In this document: piece after piece, positions 22,626-35,229 of the stretch
Layout of the letters: every line of letters begins with the position of its first letter
Position numbering within the stretch: position 1 is the stretch's first letter
NCBI RefSeq assembly: GCF_004010195.1
Contig: NC_057756.1
Coordinates: forward strand, 7,926,945 to 7,971,904
DNA from: Chiloscyllium plagiosum
Taxonomy: Eukaryota
Direction of reading: 5' to 3'
DNA length: 44,960 nucleotides
Made by a program: the position numbers and the translations under genes
The notes under the pieces: generated by a model
What the model was told of the DNA's origin: nothing
What the model saw: only the letters and a program-made list of their open reading frames with translations
Databases searched by the model: none

Positions 22626-23899
22626 CCCCCATTTGTAATGGGGAATATTATTATTCTCAAATCGGCAGGAGTGAGAAAGTTCCTCTGGTCAAAAAATGGA
22701 GTTTGCATTTTATATTAAAGGCGTTTAAAGGCTAATTCGATTTTGCACTTGGATCGGCATTAAAGTCCTGAAGAGCATGCCACACAGATTTCCTTGAGTT
22801 TATCAGAATAACAGCACTGAGTTTATTCCAACTTAAAATGTAAAATGGTAAAATAAACAGATTCCCAAATTCAATGATGCATGGATGTACATAAACAAAC
22901 ACGTACACACTAACATGCAAATAACATTATAGGGCATCAAGGAAATGAAACAATAGGAAATTTGAGGGGAATGGAGGGAAAGTGGGTCTTGTTTGTCCAG
23001 ATATTGGGAATAGTATCAACCCCAGACAGATGCACTGGTTAAAGAAGCTCGTTCGCTACTACTGTCTCAAGAGCAAATCTGCATGAACAAGAAATGCTGT
23101 TCCTTTCATTGATGATCACATGTTAACAATGAAAACAAAGATGATGAAGTAGCCAATGAGGTGTTAAAGTGATTATGCAAGGAGGTCAATGATACCAAGA
23201 ATCAGATGCTAATAAAGTGATAAATGTGAAACTGGCTAAGCATGTTGGTACTGAATATTTATTTTTAGCATTCATTCCTTGAGCTGTGGGGGTCAGCATT
23301 CTGTGGGATTATAACACTCAGGTCAGACTCAGTCCCAAGTGATTGTTACTTTAGGCTGCTCTAAAATATCAGTTACGTGTAATTTTACCCAGAATTGGGA
23401 GCTGGTCTAGTTGCAAGCTTTCCTCTGGTTTATTCAGGACAGGATTTGGAAAGGGAGTTTAGAGATGGAAGGTGGTGAGGCTGGAAGTTGTTGAGTGCAT
23501 TACTATGTATTGAATTTAGTTGTCCTTCCAGGATGACAACTGAAATGTTGAGTTTCTGTGTATCAAACACAGAGAGAAGGTCCAAAGGCAGTCAGGCATT
23601 AGAACTCAGGCAAGAAGTTTGAGGAGTTGCCTGGTAGCTCAAGGATGGTATTGGGGTTCCTGAAAACCCATCAAGCTCGAGGAGATCAGAGGGATTCTGT
23701 GCGACTTATAGTTCAGCGCAAGAGAAAGTGGGTCAAAAAGAACAAGGATCATTTTCTTGATGCAATTGAGCAAGAAAAGAGATCAGGGAAAATCCTTGGT
23801 GTTTTGTACCTGTGAAGGAGCACAGCAATATCATTTACAGATTATTCTGAAGGAAGATCTAGAAAGGCATGGTAGTCAATTTATATGTGAACATTCATT

Positions 23900-24965
23900 A
23901 AGCCCCCAAGGATATGTCCTCAGCTTCCTATTGTACTCCCTGTACATCCATTACTGCATTGTCAAATTCCAAATGAATGCCACGTATAAGCTCGCAGATG
24001 ACACCACCATAGTTGATAGATATCTAACAACAATAAGTCAAAATACAGAAGAGAAAGAGAGGACTTAGTGACGTGGTGCAATGAGAACAACCCCTTTCTC
24101 AATGTCAGCAAAAATAACAAACGGATCATTGATTTCAGAAAGAAAGGAGAACATGCTCCCATCTACATCATGGAACGCCCTGCCAGTAGCAGTGGTGGAC
24201 TCTCCCTCTTTATGGGCATTTAAGCGGGCATTGGATAGGTATATGGAGGATAGTGGGTTAGTATAGGTTAGGTGGGCTTGGATCGGCGCAACATCGAGGG
24301 CCAAAGGGCCTGTACTGCGCTGTATTCTTCTATGTTCTATGTACATAAATGGAACTGACGTTGAAAGGGTGGAGAGCATCAAACTTCTCAGAGTGATGGT
24401 AACTGGCAATCTGTCCTGGACTTCCCACGCATGTGCAACAGTCAAGGAGGCACAACAACACCTCTTCTTCCTCAGGTGGCTCAGAAAATTCTACAGATGC
24501 ACCATTGAAAGCATACTGTGCAGGTGCATAATGGTCTAGTATGGCAACTGTCCTGCCAAGGACTGTAAAACTACCGAAGATGGTGTGCACAGCCCAGACC
24601 ATCACAGAAGCCATTGGACTACATTTACATGGCTCATTGATGCAGAAAGGTGACTGACATGATCAAGGACCATCACACCCCATTAATGATCTCCTACCAC
24701 CTCTTCCATCAGGCAGAAGGTACAGATCACAAGCACCAGCAGGTTCAGGAACAACTTCTTCCCGGCCATTATTAGACTGATGAATAAACTCTCTGGCCTC
24801 AAATAATGTTGACCTTGCTCACGTTGCTCTCACATGGTGCACTCCCTGTGCAATGAAACCTGTATTCCTCCGTACATCCTTGTTTACTATTGCCTGCCTG
24901 TATTGCTTGTAAACAAAGTTTTGCAGTGCAATTCGGTACGTGACAATAAATAAATCAAATCAAAT
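23900..24965 (+). mobile_element. Rex1/Babar-like LINE 3' part, interrupted by a CR1 3' end (~24170-24340)
   Basis: PQGYVLSFLLYSLY.H.C, KLADDTTIV, IIDFRK, LSWTSH....VKEAQQHLFFLR, FYRCTIESIL; tail AATAAATAAATCAAATCAAATC. Confidence 0.82.
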
Positions 24966-25439
24966 CACGTACAGCATGATGCAGTGTCTCTGTAGGACAT
25001 TTCAAGGTAAGGTTAGGAAAAGTGAAGAATTGCAATCTATTTCGAGATAAATGAGATGCACTGATCCAGCATGTCAATAAAGTATACGAGTATAAATTCA
25101 GAAACATGAGTGTCATAATCACATTGATGATTTGCTTATCACATCTTTTTAACACACAGTTAGAATTCATATTTTACATGTATTGTTTATTGTACTACTT
25201 ATCAAATGTTGCAATATAATGTTTATTTTTACTTGTCTAAAACCGTGATGTGTTGTATTTTGTATTTTTTGCATGTCTTTAGCTATGAGACTCTTACTCC
25301 TGTAAAGCAAAAGTTGCTGACCTCTCACTAGATTGTAGCATTTAGTTGGCAGTTGTTCATGAACATAGCAATGCTGAAAAGGTTTTTGGGAAAGCAGATA
25401 AATCTATATTATATTTTAACACAATTGTCACGACTTAAT

Positions 25440-25515
25440 TGTGACCCTCCAACAGTGTGGCACTCTCTCACTACTGACCCTCTGACAGTGCAACACTCTC
25501 TCAGTACTGATCCAC
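25440..25515 (-). repeat. Short 33-bp minisatellite remnant
   Basis: Two to three units of the same 33-mer. Confidence 0.8.
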
Positions 25516-26078
25516 CAAAAATATAATGTTTCCACAGCTCTGGTGCATCCTACACCAAGACTCCTTATACAGCTTCGCTGAAACCCACGATCACTTTCAT
25601 CTGGAAGGACCTTGGAAACAGATACATGGGGACACCATCCTCTATGTTTCTTTCCTGTACACTCAGGGAAATGGTAGTAAAGTAGATCTGAGGAATGTCT
25701 AATCAGCCATGTTCTTTTTGAACAACTGAGCTGACTCAAGGGACCAAAAGACCTACTCCTGTTCTTAATTCTTATGGTGAAAGGGTCATTCTCCATTTGG
25801 ACTTGGAAATAAATTGCTGTACCTTCAGTGTCACTCTCAAAATCCTGGAGGTCCTTCTCTAACAGAATTGTAGGTTTAGCTACAGCGACATAGACAGCAC
25901 CTTCATGGGGCAGTTAGGACAGACAGTGAAGATTACACACTGTGGAATAAATATTCAAATAGTCTGTGTGGATTGTCATCTTCGAGGAGAAAGTGAGGTC
26001 TGCAGATGCTGGAGATCAAAGTTGAAACTTTATTGCTGGAACAGCACAGCAGGTCAGGCAGCATCCAGGGAACAGGAG

Positions 26079-26114
26079 ATTCGACGTTTCGGGCACAGGC
26101 CCTTCTTCAGGAAT
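26079..26114 (-). ncRNA. Minimal type I hammerhead ribozyme motif
   Basis: Reverse complement ATTC-CTGAAGA-A-GGGC-CTGT-GCCC-GAAAC-GTC-GAAT. Confidence 0.8.
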
Positions 26115-26225
26115 GAGCCTTCGAGGAGAAAGTGAGGTCTGCAGATGCTGGAGATCAAAGTTGAAACTTTATTGCTGGAACAGCACAGCAGGTCAGGCAG
26201 CATCCAGGGAACAGGGAATGAGCAC

Positions 26226-26261
26226 ATTCCTGAAGAAGGGCCTGTGCCCGAAACGTCGAAT
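26226..26261 (+). ncRNA. Minimal type I hammerhead ribozyme motif
   Basis: ATTC-CTGAAGA-A-GGGC-CTGT-GCCC-GAAAC-GTC/GAAT: stem I ATTC:GAAT, stem II GGGC:GCCC, palindromic ACGT in place of stem III; predicted cut after C26257. Confidence 0.8.
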
Positions 26262-26754
26262 CTCCTGTTCCCTGGATGCTGCCTGACCTGCTGCGCTGTT
26301 CCAGCAATAAAGTTTCAACTGTGTGGATTGTCAACCTGGTTCATGGCAGATACAGACTCTGAACTGAGGACTGTACCAATTGAATTTCCACATGGGGTAG
26401 ATACGACATATGACCAATTGCCCAACTCAGAGTTTGATTCAAATGTTCAACAATTTCCTTATACTAGGCGAAAGTAATGCTGCCTGACCAGCTGTGCTTT
26501 TCCAGTACCACACTCTCGACTCCAATTTCCTTATCACTGGCTTCTTACTTCCTCATTTTGAATTGGTGTGTCATCCTTTTCTAATTAAAAACACAAATGG
26601 AACAGCACAGGAAAGTGACACTCAGCCCGAGCAGAGTATCTCGGCACTTACTCCCCAGACAAACTGTCAGGCAAGTAACACAATTGTTGGAATTCTCTTC
26701 CACAACCACCATCATCCTTTTTTGATACTGTCAAGCTTTAAATGTATTGTTTTA

Positions 26755-27565
26755 CTGGAGGCAGTTCAGAGAAGGTTCACCAGGATAATTTCTGGTATGA
26801 AGGGATTGTCTTATGAGCAAAGGCTAAACAAGGTGGGCGGCACGGTGGCACAGTGGTTAGCACTGCTGCCTCACAGCGCCTGAGACCCGGGTTCAATTCC
26901 CGCCTCAGGCGACTGACTGTGTGGAGTTTGCACGTTCTCCCCGTGTCTGCGTGGGTTTCCTCCGGGTGCTCCAGTTTCCTCCCACAGTCCAAAAGATGTG
27001 CAGGGTCAGGTGAATTGGCCATGCTAAATTGCCCGTAGTGTTAGGTAAGGGGTAAATGTAGGGGTATGGGTGGGTTTCGCTTCGGCGGGTCGGTGTGGAC
27101 TTGTTGGGCCGAAGGGCCTGTTTTCACACTGTAATGTAATCTAAAAAAAAAGTTAGGACTGTACTCACTGTAGTTCAGAAGAATGAGAAGAGATCTGATT
27201 GAAACAAATAGGTTTTTAATGGGTTTGGCAGGGTGTGTGGATGTTTCCCCTCTTATGAGTCTAGGACCAGAGGGCACAGTCTCAGAATAAATGGATACAA
27301 ATTTAAACTCTGATAAGGAGAAATTTCTTCTTTCAGAAGGTTGAGGGTCTTTGGAACTCCTTGCCACAGTGAGCTGAGCTGGTAGAGTCCTTCTGTATAT
27401 CAAAGGCTGAAACAAATTCTTCATCATTCAGGGAATCAAGGGTGACAGACAAAACATGGGGAAGTGAATGTGAGAAATGTTGGATTAGCCATTATCAAAT
27501 TAAATGATGGAGCAGACTGAAGTGGGCAAAAAGCCTACTCGTGCTCCTCTTTCTTGCGGTCCTAA
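26755..27565 (+). mobile_element. CR1 3' fragment split by an HE1 SINE
   Basis: LEAVQRRFTRIISGMKGLSYEQRLN [SINE] KLGLYSL.FRRMR.DLIET. Confidence 0.85.
26835..27150 (+). mobile_element. HE1-type V-SINE, young full-length copy
   Basis: GGGCGGCACGGTGGCACAGTGGTTAGC head with box B GGTTCAATTCC, V-domain and HER1-like tail. Confidence 0.93.
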
Positions 27566-27742
27566 TTTAAGAACAGATTCGAGTGATTGATGCCTTTGAA
27601 ACATTTTTACTTTGAGTAACATCAGGGGATATGGCTCAAGTCTGTGAAGACATTGTCTCAAAGCAGTTCTGATCTCTCAATAGGTAAGGTCTTGTTAATT
27701 TTTTTCTTTTTCAGAAGCTGATAAAATATCTGGGAGTGCACA

Positions 27743-27782
27743 ATGATTGGGAAATCTTACTTCCTGCTGTTACTTCTTCAAG
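27743..27782 (+). CDS. Siglec-like gene, signal-peptide exon
   Basis: Acceptor TTTTTTTCTTTTTCAG|27715, ACAATG start, MIGKSYFLLLLLQ + G | GTAATG (phase 1); joins 31669 to give MIGKSYFLLLLLQAGLA-QEW. Confidence 0.85.
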
Positions 27783-28559
27783 GTAATGTCATTGTCAGCG
27801 CAGACAGCTTTGTGGTTAATAGTTTTGAAAATGATCATTCTTATTGAGCTCTGGTTGGGAACAAATTTTGCAGTGAACCAGCATAGAGGAGGAAAGAGAT
27901 CTCAAAGAGTCCAACAGTTGGTGAAAGTTACAGAGATAGGGCATAGGATAGTGGAGGACTTGGAAATAGATGGAGATAATCATAAAACTGAGGTGTTGAC
28001 AGACAAAGTACAAATGTAGGTCAGTCCATGTGGGGTGACAGGGACAATTGGATAAAAACTGAAGGGTAATGTGGATCTTGAAGCCAGAACTCTGTTAACT
28101 CTGCCTGAAGTTTGTGTCTTTTGCCAATTTCATTCTGAATGATCTCCAGCAACTCCTAGGATAGACAAGAGAGAAGTTATCCTGATTGTCTCTGATCTGC
28201 TGCACTGTGTAAATTTGCAGACTCTGAAAACATTGCAGCTCCAGAGGAGATCAATTAGTTGCTGCCTGAGAGAGCAGTGGAATCAGAGTGGAGAGGAAGT
28301 TTGAAGAGCAGGAATTAAAAGAATATTGCAAAAAGAATACATTTTCAGGGCTGTGGGGGGAAGAGGATATCATGGGGATTAATTTGAGAGGCCTTTCAAA
28401 GATCTGACTCAGGGAAATTGGATGGAATGGTCTCCATCTATGCCATATAATTCTGAAATCCAGTGATTTAAGTTCCTTACCAGTGCTGAGCTTGGGGAAC
28501 AGTCAGTCTCCAAAGTCATATCGAAATCAACAATACAACAATATGGAGGTTGGATCAGA

Positions 28560-28880
28560 AATAATCCCTTAGGCAATGAGGATCCAAAGAGATCCCACAG
28601 ACATAATGAGGATCCGAAGAGAGTAAGTAGTCAATGAAGACCGAAAGAAATTTCTCAGACAAAGGGAATCCAAAGGGATCCCTTAAATAGTAATAAGCCA
28701 AAACGATTCCCCCAGACAATGAGGATTAAGAGATCCCTTAGTATATGGAGTTCCAAATACATTCCTCAGATAATGAAGACTCAGAGAAATCCCTCAGTCA
28801 ATGAGAATCCAAAGCGGTTACAAACAGGCAATATGATCAAATTGAGGGCAATACTTTCCAAGGGGTCCTCAGTAGATTCA
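28560..28880 (+). repeat. Degenerate ~28-bp minisatellite
   Basis: About ten units resembling GACAATGAGGATCCAAAGAGATCCCTCA. Confidence 0.75.
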
Positions 28881-29199
28881 TTCTATCACTGGGAGCGAGA
28901 ATTGGAGAAACTGAGAGTGAGTGCGAAACAAGAAAGTGGGAGTTGAAGAAATGAAAAACTTAATTTTGGATTAACTAATGGAAGTGTAGCTCAGAAGATA
29001 TCCTCTCCCAGAACTCCCCAACACTTGCCCCTTTTCAAGATGACAGAATCTCTCAGTTATCATGGTTTTCAGCAACCAACCTCTGATTTCCTTTCAGTTG
29101 AGTGGTGGTGATGCGGTACACTAGGAGGCTGACAGCTGAGATACTTGGGGACGAGGGGAGCACTCAGTTTGGATACGTCAGTCAAGAACGAGAGCTTCC

Positions 29200-29500
29200 A
29201 AATCAGCAATTTTTTCAATAACTCATGAGACATGGGCATTGCTGGCTGAGTCCAGCATTTATTGCCCACTCCTCACTGCTCCTTCAGAAGGTGTGGGCGA
29301 GCTGCCTTCTTGAGCTGCTGCAGTCCATGTGCTGTAGGTAGATCTACAACACCCTTAGGGAGGGAATTCCAGAATTTTGACACAAGTGACACTGAAGGAA
29401 TGGCGATATATTATCAAGGCATGAAAGTGAGTAACTTTGGAGGGGAACATGAAGGTGGTGGTGTTCTCATGTACCTGCTGCCCTTGTACTTCTAGATGGA
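29200..29500 (-). mobile_element. LINE (L2/CR1-group) 3' fragment
   Basis: Recognised from memory as the common shark repeat end GGGCATTGCTGGC...CAGCATTTATTGCCCA; clade not verified. Confidence 0.5.
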
Positions 29501-29544
29501 AGCCATGATGTGGAGGTGCCAGTGTTGAACTGGGGTGGATGAAG

Positions 29545-29632
29545 TTAAAAATCATACAACATCAGGTTATAGTCCAATAGGTTTATTTGGAAATAAAAGC
29601 TTTTGGAGCACTGCTTCTTCATCAGGTAGCAA
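29545..29632 (-). mobile_element. Penelope-type end, second family, degenerate hammerhead
   Basis: Minus CCTGATGAAGAAGCAGTGCTCCAAAAGCTT...AATAAACC; related pieces at 29980-30012, 41710-41778 and 42300-42330. Confidence 0.6.
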
Positions 29633-30287
29633 GTGGAGCCCCTCCAGCCTGAGAAATAAGCCAATAAGTTGATCCAATTGTGAAATGCACTCCACTTTCC
29701 TGCCTGCCCCCCCGCCCCTACCCCCCCCGCCCCCCCCCGCATGTCTTTCTTGTCAATCAAAGCTTTTCCTGTCTTAGCACTGAATATATTGAATGATCCA
29801 TCTATCACCATTCTCAGGTGCAGATATGTCCAAACATTCAAAATTCTTCATTATTTCAGTCTTGAAGACACTCCATCCATCCCCAATGCTCAGTAGCAGC
29901 AGTGTGTACTATCTGCAAGATGCACTGCAGAAATTCACCAAAGATTCTCAGACACCACCTTCCAGACCCTTCCACCTGGTAGGTTTTGGAACGCTGCTCC
30001 TTCATCAGATAGCTGTTATATCTAATCCAATGGACTCACAATTATCTGCAATTCTTGGTCTCTCTGTTCTGTCTCGTCATTGTTTACATCAATTACATTG
30101 TCCTCAAATAGTCCTCCAAGTGATTGCTGGCTTCCTAAATCCCACAATTAAAACTGTCTTCAAGACAGTACACTTATGTTAGGAATATGAAACTGTATCA
30201 TAAAATGTGATTGAGAGTCTGATTTAGATGTGAAGCCATCTAAAAAGGAGTTCTTCAAACAAAACGGTTTAAGAATCACTGCCTTAG

Positions 30288-31305
30288 GTCATGAGTAAGG
30301 CATTCAACAAGGTTCCCCATGGGAGACTGGTTAGCAAGGTTAGATCTCATGGAATACAGGGAGAACTAGCCATTTGGATACAGAACCGGCTCAAAGGTAG
30401 AAGACAAAGGGTGGTGGTGGAGGGTTGTTTTTCAGACTGGAGGCCTGTGACCAGTGGTGTATCACAAGGATCGGTGCTGGGTCCATTGCTGTTGTTCATT
30501 CATATAAATGATTTGGGTGTGAACAAAAGAGACATAGTTAGTAAGTTTGGAGATGACACCAAAATTGGAGATGTAGAGGACAGCAAAGAAGGATACCTCA
30601 GATTATAAGGGAATCTTGATCAGATGGTCTGATGGGCTGAGGAGTGGCAGATGGAGTTTAATTTAAATAAATCCGAAGTACTGCATTCTGGAAAATCAAA
30701 TCAGAGCAGGACTTGTACACTTAATGGTAAGGTCCTAGGGAGTGTTGCTGAATAAAGAGACCTTGTAGCACAGGTTCTTGGTTCCTTAAAAGCAGAGTAA
30801 CAGGTAGAAAGGATAGTGAAGAAGGCATTTGGCATTCTTTCCTTTATTAGTCAGAGCATTGAGTATAGGAATTGGGAGATCATATTGTGGCTGAACAAAG
30901 CATTGGCTAGGACACTTTTGGAATTCTGGTCTCCTTCCTAACAGAAACTTGTGAAACTTGAAAAGGTTTAGAAAAGATTTACAAGGATGTTGCCAGGGTT
31001 GGAGGATTTTAGCTGTAGGGAGAGTTTGAATAGGCTGGGGCTGTTTTCTCTGGAGCATCAGAGACTGAGGGGTGAGCTTATAGAGATTTATAAAATCATG
31101 AGGGGCATGGATAGGATACACAGACAAGGTCTTTCCCCTGTGGTGGGGGAGTCCAGGACTAGAGGGCATAGGTTCAGGGTGAGAGGAGAAAGATATAAAA
31201 GGGACCAAAGGGGCAACTTTTCCATACAGAGGTTGGTATGAGTATGGAATGAGCTGCTAGAAGAAGTGGAGGAGGCTGATACAATTACAACATTTAAAAG
31301 GTATC
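30288..31305 (+). mobile_element. CR1/HER1 LINE ORF2 3' part
   Basis: SKAFNKVPHGRL...PVTSGVSQGSVLGPLL..IHINDL...SKFGDDTKIG; stops present. Confidence 0.93.
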
Positions 31306-31668
31306 TGAGAGCTGTGACAAATTAGCGACTCATCATGGTGATAAGTTGTGGCTTCTGAGGGTTCCTCATTCATTGTGCTGCCCTGTAAATCAGCATAGAA
31401 TGTATCTCCATTGGCACATGTTTTAGACACTCTGTTGGATGGAAAACTGGCATTACTAAACAGGGGCATGAGAACTTTGAGCCAATGTAGAATGAAGTTG
31501 TCCACTCCTGTGTCCAGGGTTCCCTCCATCAACTGCATAACCTTGGTCAGATTTTTGTGTATCCTGTAGATGGTCCACACTGCAGGCACTCTGTACCAGT
31601 GATGGAAGACGTGAGTCTGGTGGATCTACAGGGCATCCAGCTCTAAATACTGATATTTCTCCCCGCAG

Positions 31669-32034
31669 CTGGACTGGCACAAGAGTGGAAAGTCCGCATT
31701 CCAGGTAAGGTGATGGTACACAAAGGTTCCTGTGCACAAATTCCATGTCATTATACTTACCCTTCTCATCTGACAAACCAACCGCGCATTGGAATCTGGT
31801 TTAACAATGAAAATGGGAAAACATCATCAACAGCCTTTCACTCCAAGGACCATAGTCACGAGTTGGCACGGTTCCGTCATCGAACCTGGCTGTCTGGAGA
31901 TCTGAAAGATGGAGATTGTTCCTTGATTATAAAAGACATCACACTGGAAGATGCAGGACCTTATTACTTCAGGATAGAATTTGACAGAGTGAATAGTTAC
32001 AACTACTTTCCTGTAACCCGGCTTCACGTTTCTG
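31669..32034 (+). CDS. Siglec-like gene, V-set exon V1
   Basis: TTTCTCCCCGCAG| ... TCTG|GTAAGT, phase 1-1, open; GLAQEWKVRIP..GSCAQIPC..GIWF..LSGDLKDGDCSLII..EDAGPYYFRIE: Siglec Cys pattern (B-E and interdomain Cys, no F-strand Cys) and essential Arg. Confidence 0.93.
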
Positions 32035-32334
32035 GTAAGTGCTAAGTTATAATTACTTGACAACCCTATTGTACATTCAAAGGGAAAGGACACACCGTCA
32101 GGTCAGAATTGTTAGTTTCATAGCTGTGTTAATCAGGTGACGCAGCTTTCAGGATTTCACCTATTTGTTCTCCCAAATCCACAAACTTAGGACAGGTGAT
32201 AGCATCCACATCAGAACCTAAACCGAAACTGAGCTGCAGACAATGAATTTTAATGCATCCTCCCTTCCTTGCGTCATCCAGCAACACCATCCCCAGAGAC
32301 TCGTGTGGTGACCATGTGGCATTTATCATCAGAT

Positions 32335-33442
32335 CAGCCTGGTAGGCTGATGGAGAAGGTGAAGTCACATGGGGTCCAGGGTGTACTAGCTAGATGGATA
32401 GAGAACTGGCTGGGCAACAGGAGACAGAATAGTAGTGGAAGAGAGTTTCTCAAAATGGAGACCTGTGACCAGTGGTTTCCACGGGGATTCATGCTGGAAC
32501 TACTGTTGTTTGTGATATACATAAATGATTTCAAGGAAGGTATAGGTGGTTTGATTAGCAAGTTTGTAGATGACGCAAAGATTGGTGGATAGCAGAAAAT
32601 GAAGGGGACTGTCACAGAATACAGCAAAATATAGATAGATTGGAGAGTTAGGCAGAGAAATGACAGATGGAGTTCAATCCAGGCAAATGCAAGATGATGC
32701 ATTTTGGAAGATCCAATTCTGGAGTGAACTGTACAGTAAATGGAAAAATCCTGGGGAAAGTTGATGTACAGAGAGATCTGAGTGTTCAGGCCCATTGTTC
32801 CCTGAAGGTGGCAACGCAGGTCGATAGTGGTCAAGAAGGCATATGGCATGCTTTCCTCCATTGGATGGAGCATTGCGTAACGAGTTGGCAGGTCATGTTA
32901 CAGTTGTATAGGACTTTGATTCGGCCACATTTGGAATACTGGTCGCAACATTACCAAATAGATGTGAATGCTTTGGAGAGGGTGCAGAGGAGGTTCACTA
33001 GGATGTTGCCAGGTATGGAAGGAGCTAGCTATGAAGGGAGGTTGAGTAGGTTAGAATTAGTTTCATTGGAAAGATGGAAATTGAGGGGGGGCCTGATTGA
33101 GGCCTAGCACGTCATGAGAGGTATAGACAGGTGGATAGCAAGAAGCTTTTTCCCAGAGTGGGGTCTTGATTACTAGGAGTCACGAGTTCAAGGTGAGAGG
33201 GGAAAAGTTTAAGGGAGATATGCATGGCGTTCTTTACACAGAAGGTAGAGGATGCCTATAATGTGTTGCCAGCAGAGGTGGCAGATGATAGCATCATTTC
33301 TTGACAGATACATGAATGGGTAGGGAGCAAAGGGATACAGACCCTTAGAAAGTAGGCAACAGGTTTAGACAGAGGCTCTGGATGGGTGCAGGCTTAGAGG
33401 GCCAAAGGGCCTGTTTCTGTGCTGTAATCTTCTTTGTTCTTT
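32335..33442 (+). mobile_element. CR1/HER1 LINE ORF2 3' part with tail
   Basis: GRLMEKVKSHG..WIENWL..IYINDF..SKFVDDAKIGG..MEFNPGKC..LERVQRRFTRMLPG. Confidence 0.92.
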
Positions 33443-33789
33443 GCTGCACTGCGACCTGACCGCCTCCTCTGGAACGTTCTCCTCCTTTGAATATTTAAGC
33501 GCTTTCACCTTTATTTCAAAGTCCTTTTCCATCATCATAAGAATGCCATAAGATTGCTCTCACCAGGATATCTTCACTGCTTCCCTCCCTCAGCATCTGC
33601 AACAAAAGACTTCCCATCCTCAGAAATGTCAAACTCCGTGTCAGCTCATCATGCGTCACTGCTCTAACACACTTCTGGCTGGTCTTCCACATTCTACCCT
33701 CTAGAAAGTCCAGGCCACCCAAATCTCATTTTACACCAAGTCCTGACCTGCTACCATCCACTGCATTTGCTGTCCTACACTCATTCCTC

Positions 33790-35110
33790 ATCAAGCATAG
33801 AATCACAGAGTCATACTGCAGGAAAAGATCTTTCAGTCCAACTCGTCCATACTGACCAAATTTCATAAACACTAGCCCCATTTGCCTGCATTTGGCCCAT
33901 ATCCCTCTAAACTTTTCCAATTTATGTACCTGTCCAAAAGCCTTTTTATTGTGGTAACTGTTGTTTCCTCTGGCAGTTCATTCCACATACAAACCACCCA
34001 CTGTGTGAAAAAGTCACCCCTCTGGCCCCTATTGAATCTTTCTCCTCTCAGCTTAAATTATGCTCCCTAATTTACATCCTTGTTACTTCCCTCTTCTTGT
34101 CATCTCCTTCAGCTCCATGGGAGATCCGGAGTTCTGTCCTTGGGTAGAGACTTGTCTTTACTCGTCCCACCATTGGTGGATTGACATTCTAGCTACCTGG
34201 AGCCTGGAGTTCAGGAATTCCCTCCCTCACCTCCCTGCCATTCTCTTCTGATATCCTGCTTAAGACCTTAAGACCATAAGAAATTGGAACAGGAGTAGGC
34301 CATTTTGCCCATTGAGCCTGCTCTGCCATTCAGGAAGATCATGGCGGATCCAATATTCCTCATGTCTACTTCCTGAATTTTCTCTTTTAGCCTTGATTCC
34401 TCAACTAATCAAAAATCTACACATTTCGGCCTTAAATATGTACAAGGCACTACCCCACACCTCTCTGTAGCAAGGAGGTCAAAAAACCTCCAACTGTCCA
34501 ACATTAGAAATTCCTCCTTATCTGAGTCTTAAATAGGTGACTTTTTATTCTGCAACTAGGCCCTCTTGTCTCAGACTTTCTTATGAGAGGAAACATTACC
34601 TGAGAAGTCCTTTCTTATTTGTTTCAATGAGGTGACTTCTCTTTTTTTGAAAACTACAGTGAGTAGAGTCCCAAACGGTTCAGCCTTTGCTCCAAAAACA
34701 ACCTCGCCATACCGAGGATCATCCGAGTGAACCTTCTCTCAACTACCTCTAATGAAATGATATATTTCCTTACATCAGAGAATCTAATCTGCTTGCAGTA
34801 CTCCAGATGTGATCTCACCAACACTTTGTACAATTATCCTCCTACCCCCTTAAAATAAGGACCAACATTCCATTTGCCTTCCTGATCCTTTGCTGCCCAT
34901 GTCTGTTAGCTTTCTGCGTTTTGTGCACAAGTATCCATACGACCCTTTGTGTTACAGTTTTCTGCAATTTTTATCAATTTAAAAATACTCTGTTCTTCAG
35001 TTCTCTCTTCCAGAGTGAACAATTTTGCATTTTCCCACAACATATTCCATTTGCCAAACTTTCGTCCACTGACTTAACAAATCAATAACCCTATGCAAAC
35101 TGTATGCATC
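33790..35110 (-). mobile_element. Two minus-strand CR1 3' fragments (~33790-34065 and ~34260-35110)
   Basis: Reverse-complement tails CATAGAATCACAGAGTCATAC.. and CCATAAGAAATTGGAACAGGAGTAGGCCAT..; decayed C-terminal motifs. Confidence 0.75.
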
Positions 35111-35229
35111 TCTCTCGTAATCTGCCTTTCCACCAATACCACCTTGGCTTTTCATCAGTTGCCCTAATATCACTTCATGTGACTTGGTATACTTTTCCTG
35201 ACTATGGTTTTTTTAAAATAACTTGGGAC

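Larger units (their letters stand above)
25980..26320. mobile_element. Young Penelope-type terminal repeat insertion: two tandem units plus an inverted unit, 15-bp TSD
   Basis: 139-nt unit at 25980-26118, internally deleted repeat at 26119-26223, inverted copy at 26225-26320; CTGTGTGGATTGTCA at 25964-25978 and 26319-26333. Confidence 0.85.

Noticed and set aside
26835-26910. tRNA gene
   Set aside because: It is the tRNA-derived head of the HE1 SINE and continues into the V-domain.
2507-27150. Inversion mediated by the two near-identical, oppositely oriented HE1 SINEs
   Set aside because: Each SINE still sits within its own colinear CR1 host, and flipping the interval would not put all relic exons on one strand.
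27681-27714. GTAAGG donor just upstream of the leader exon
   Set aside because: The implied 31-nt intron is too short for a vertebrate.
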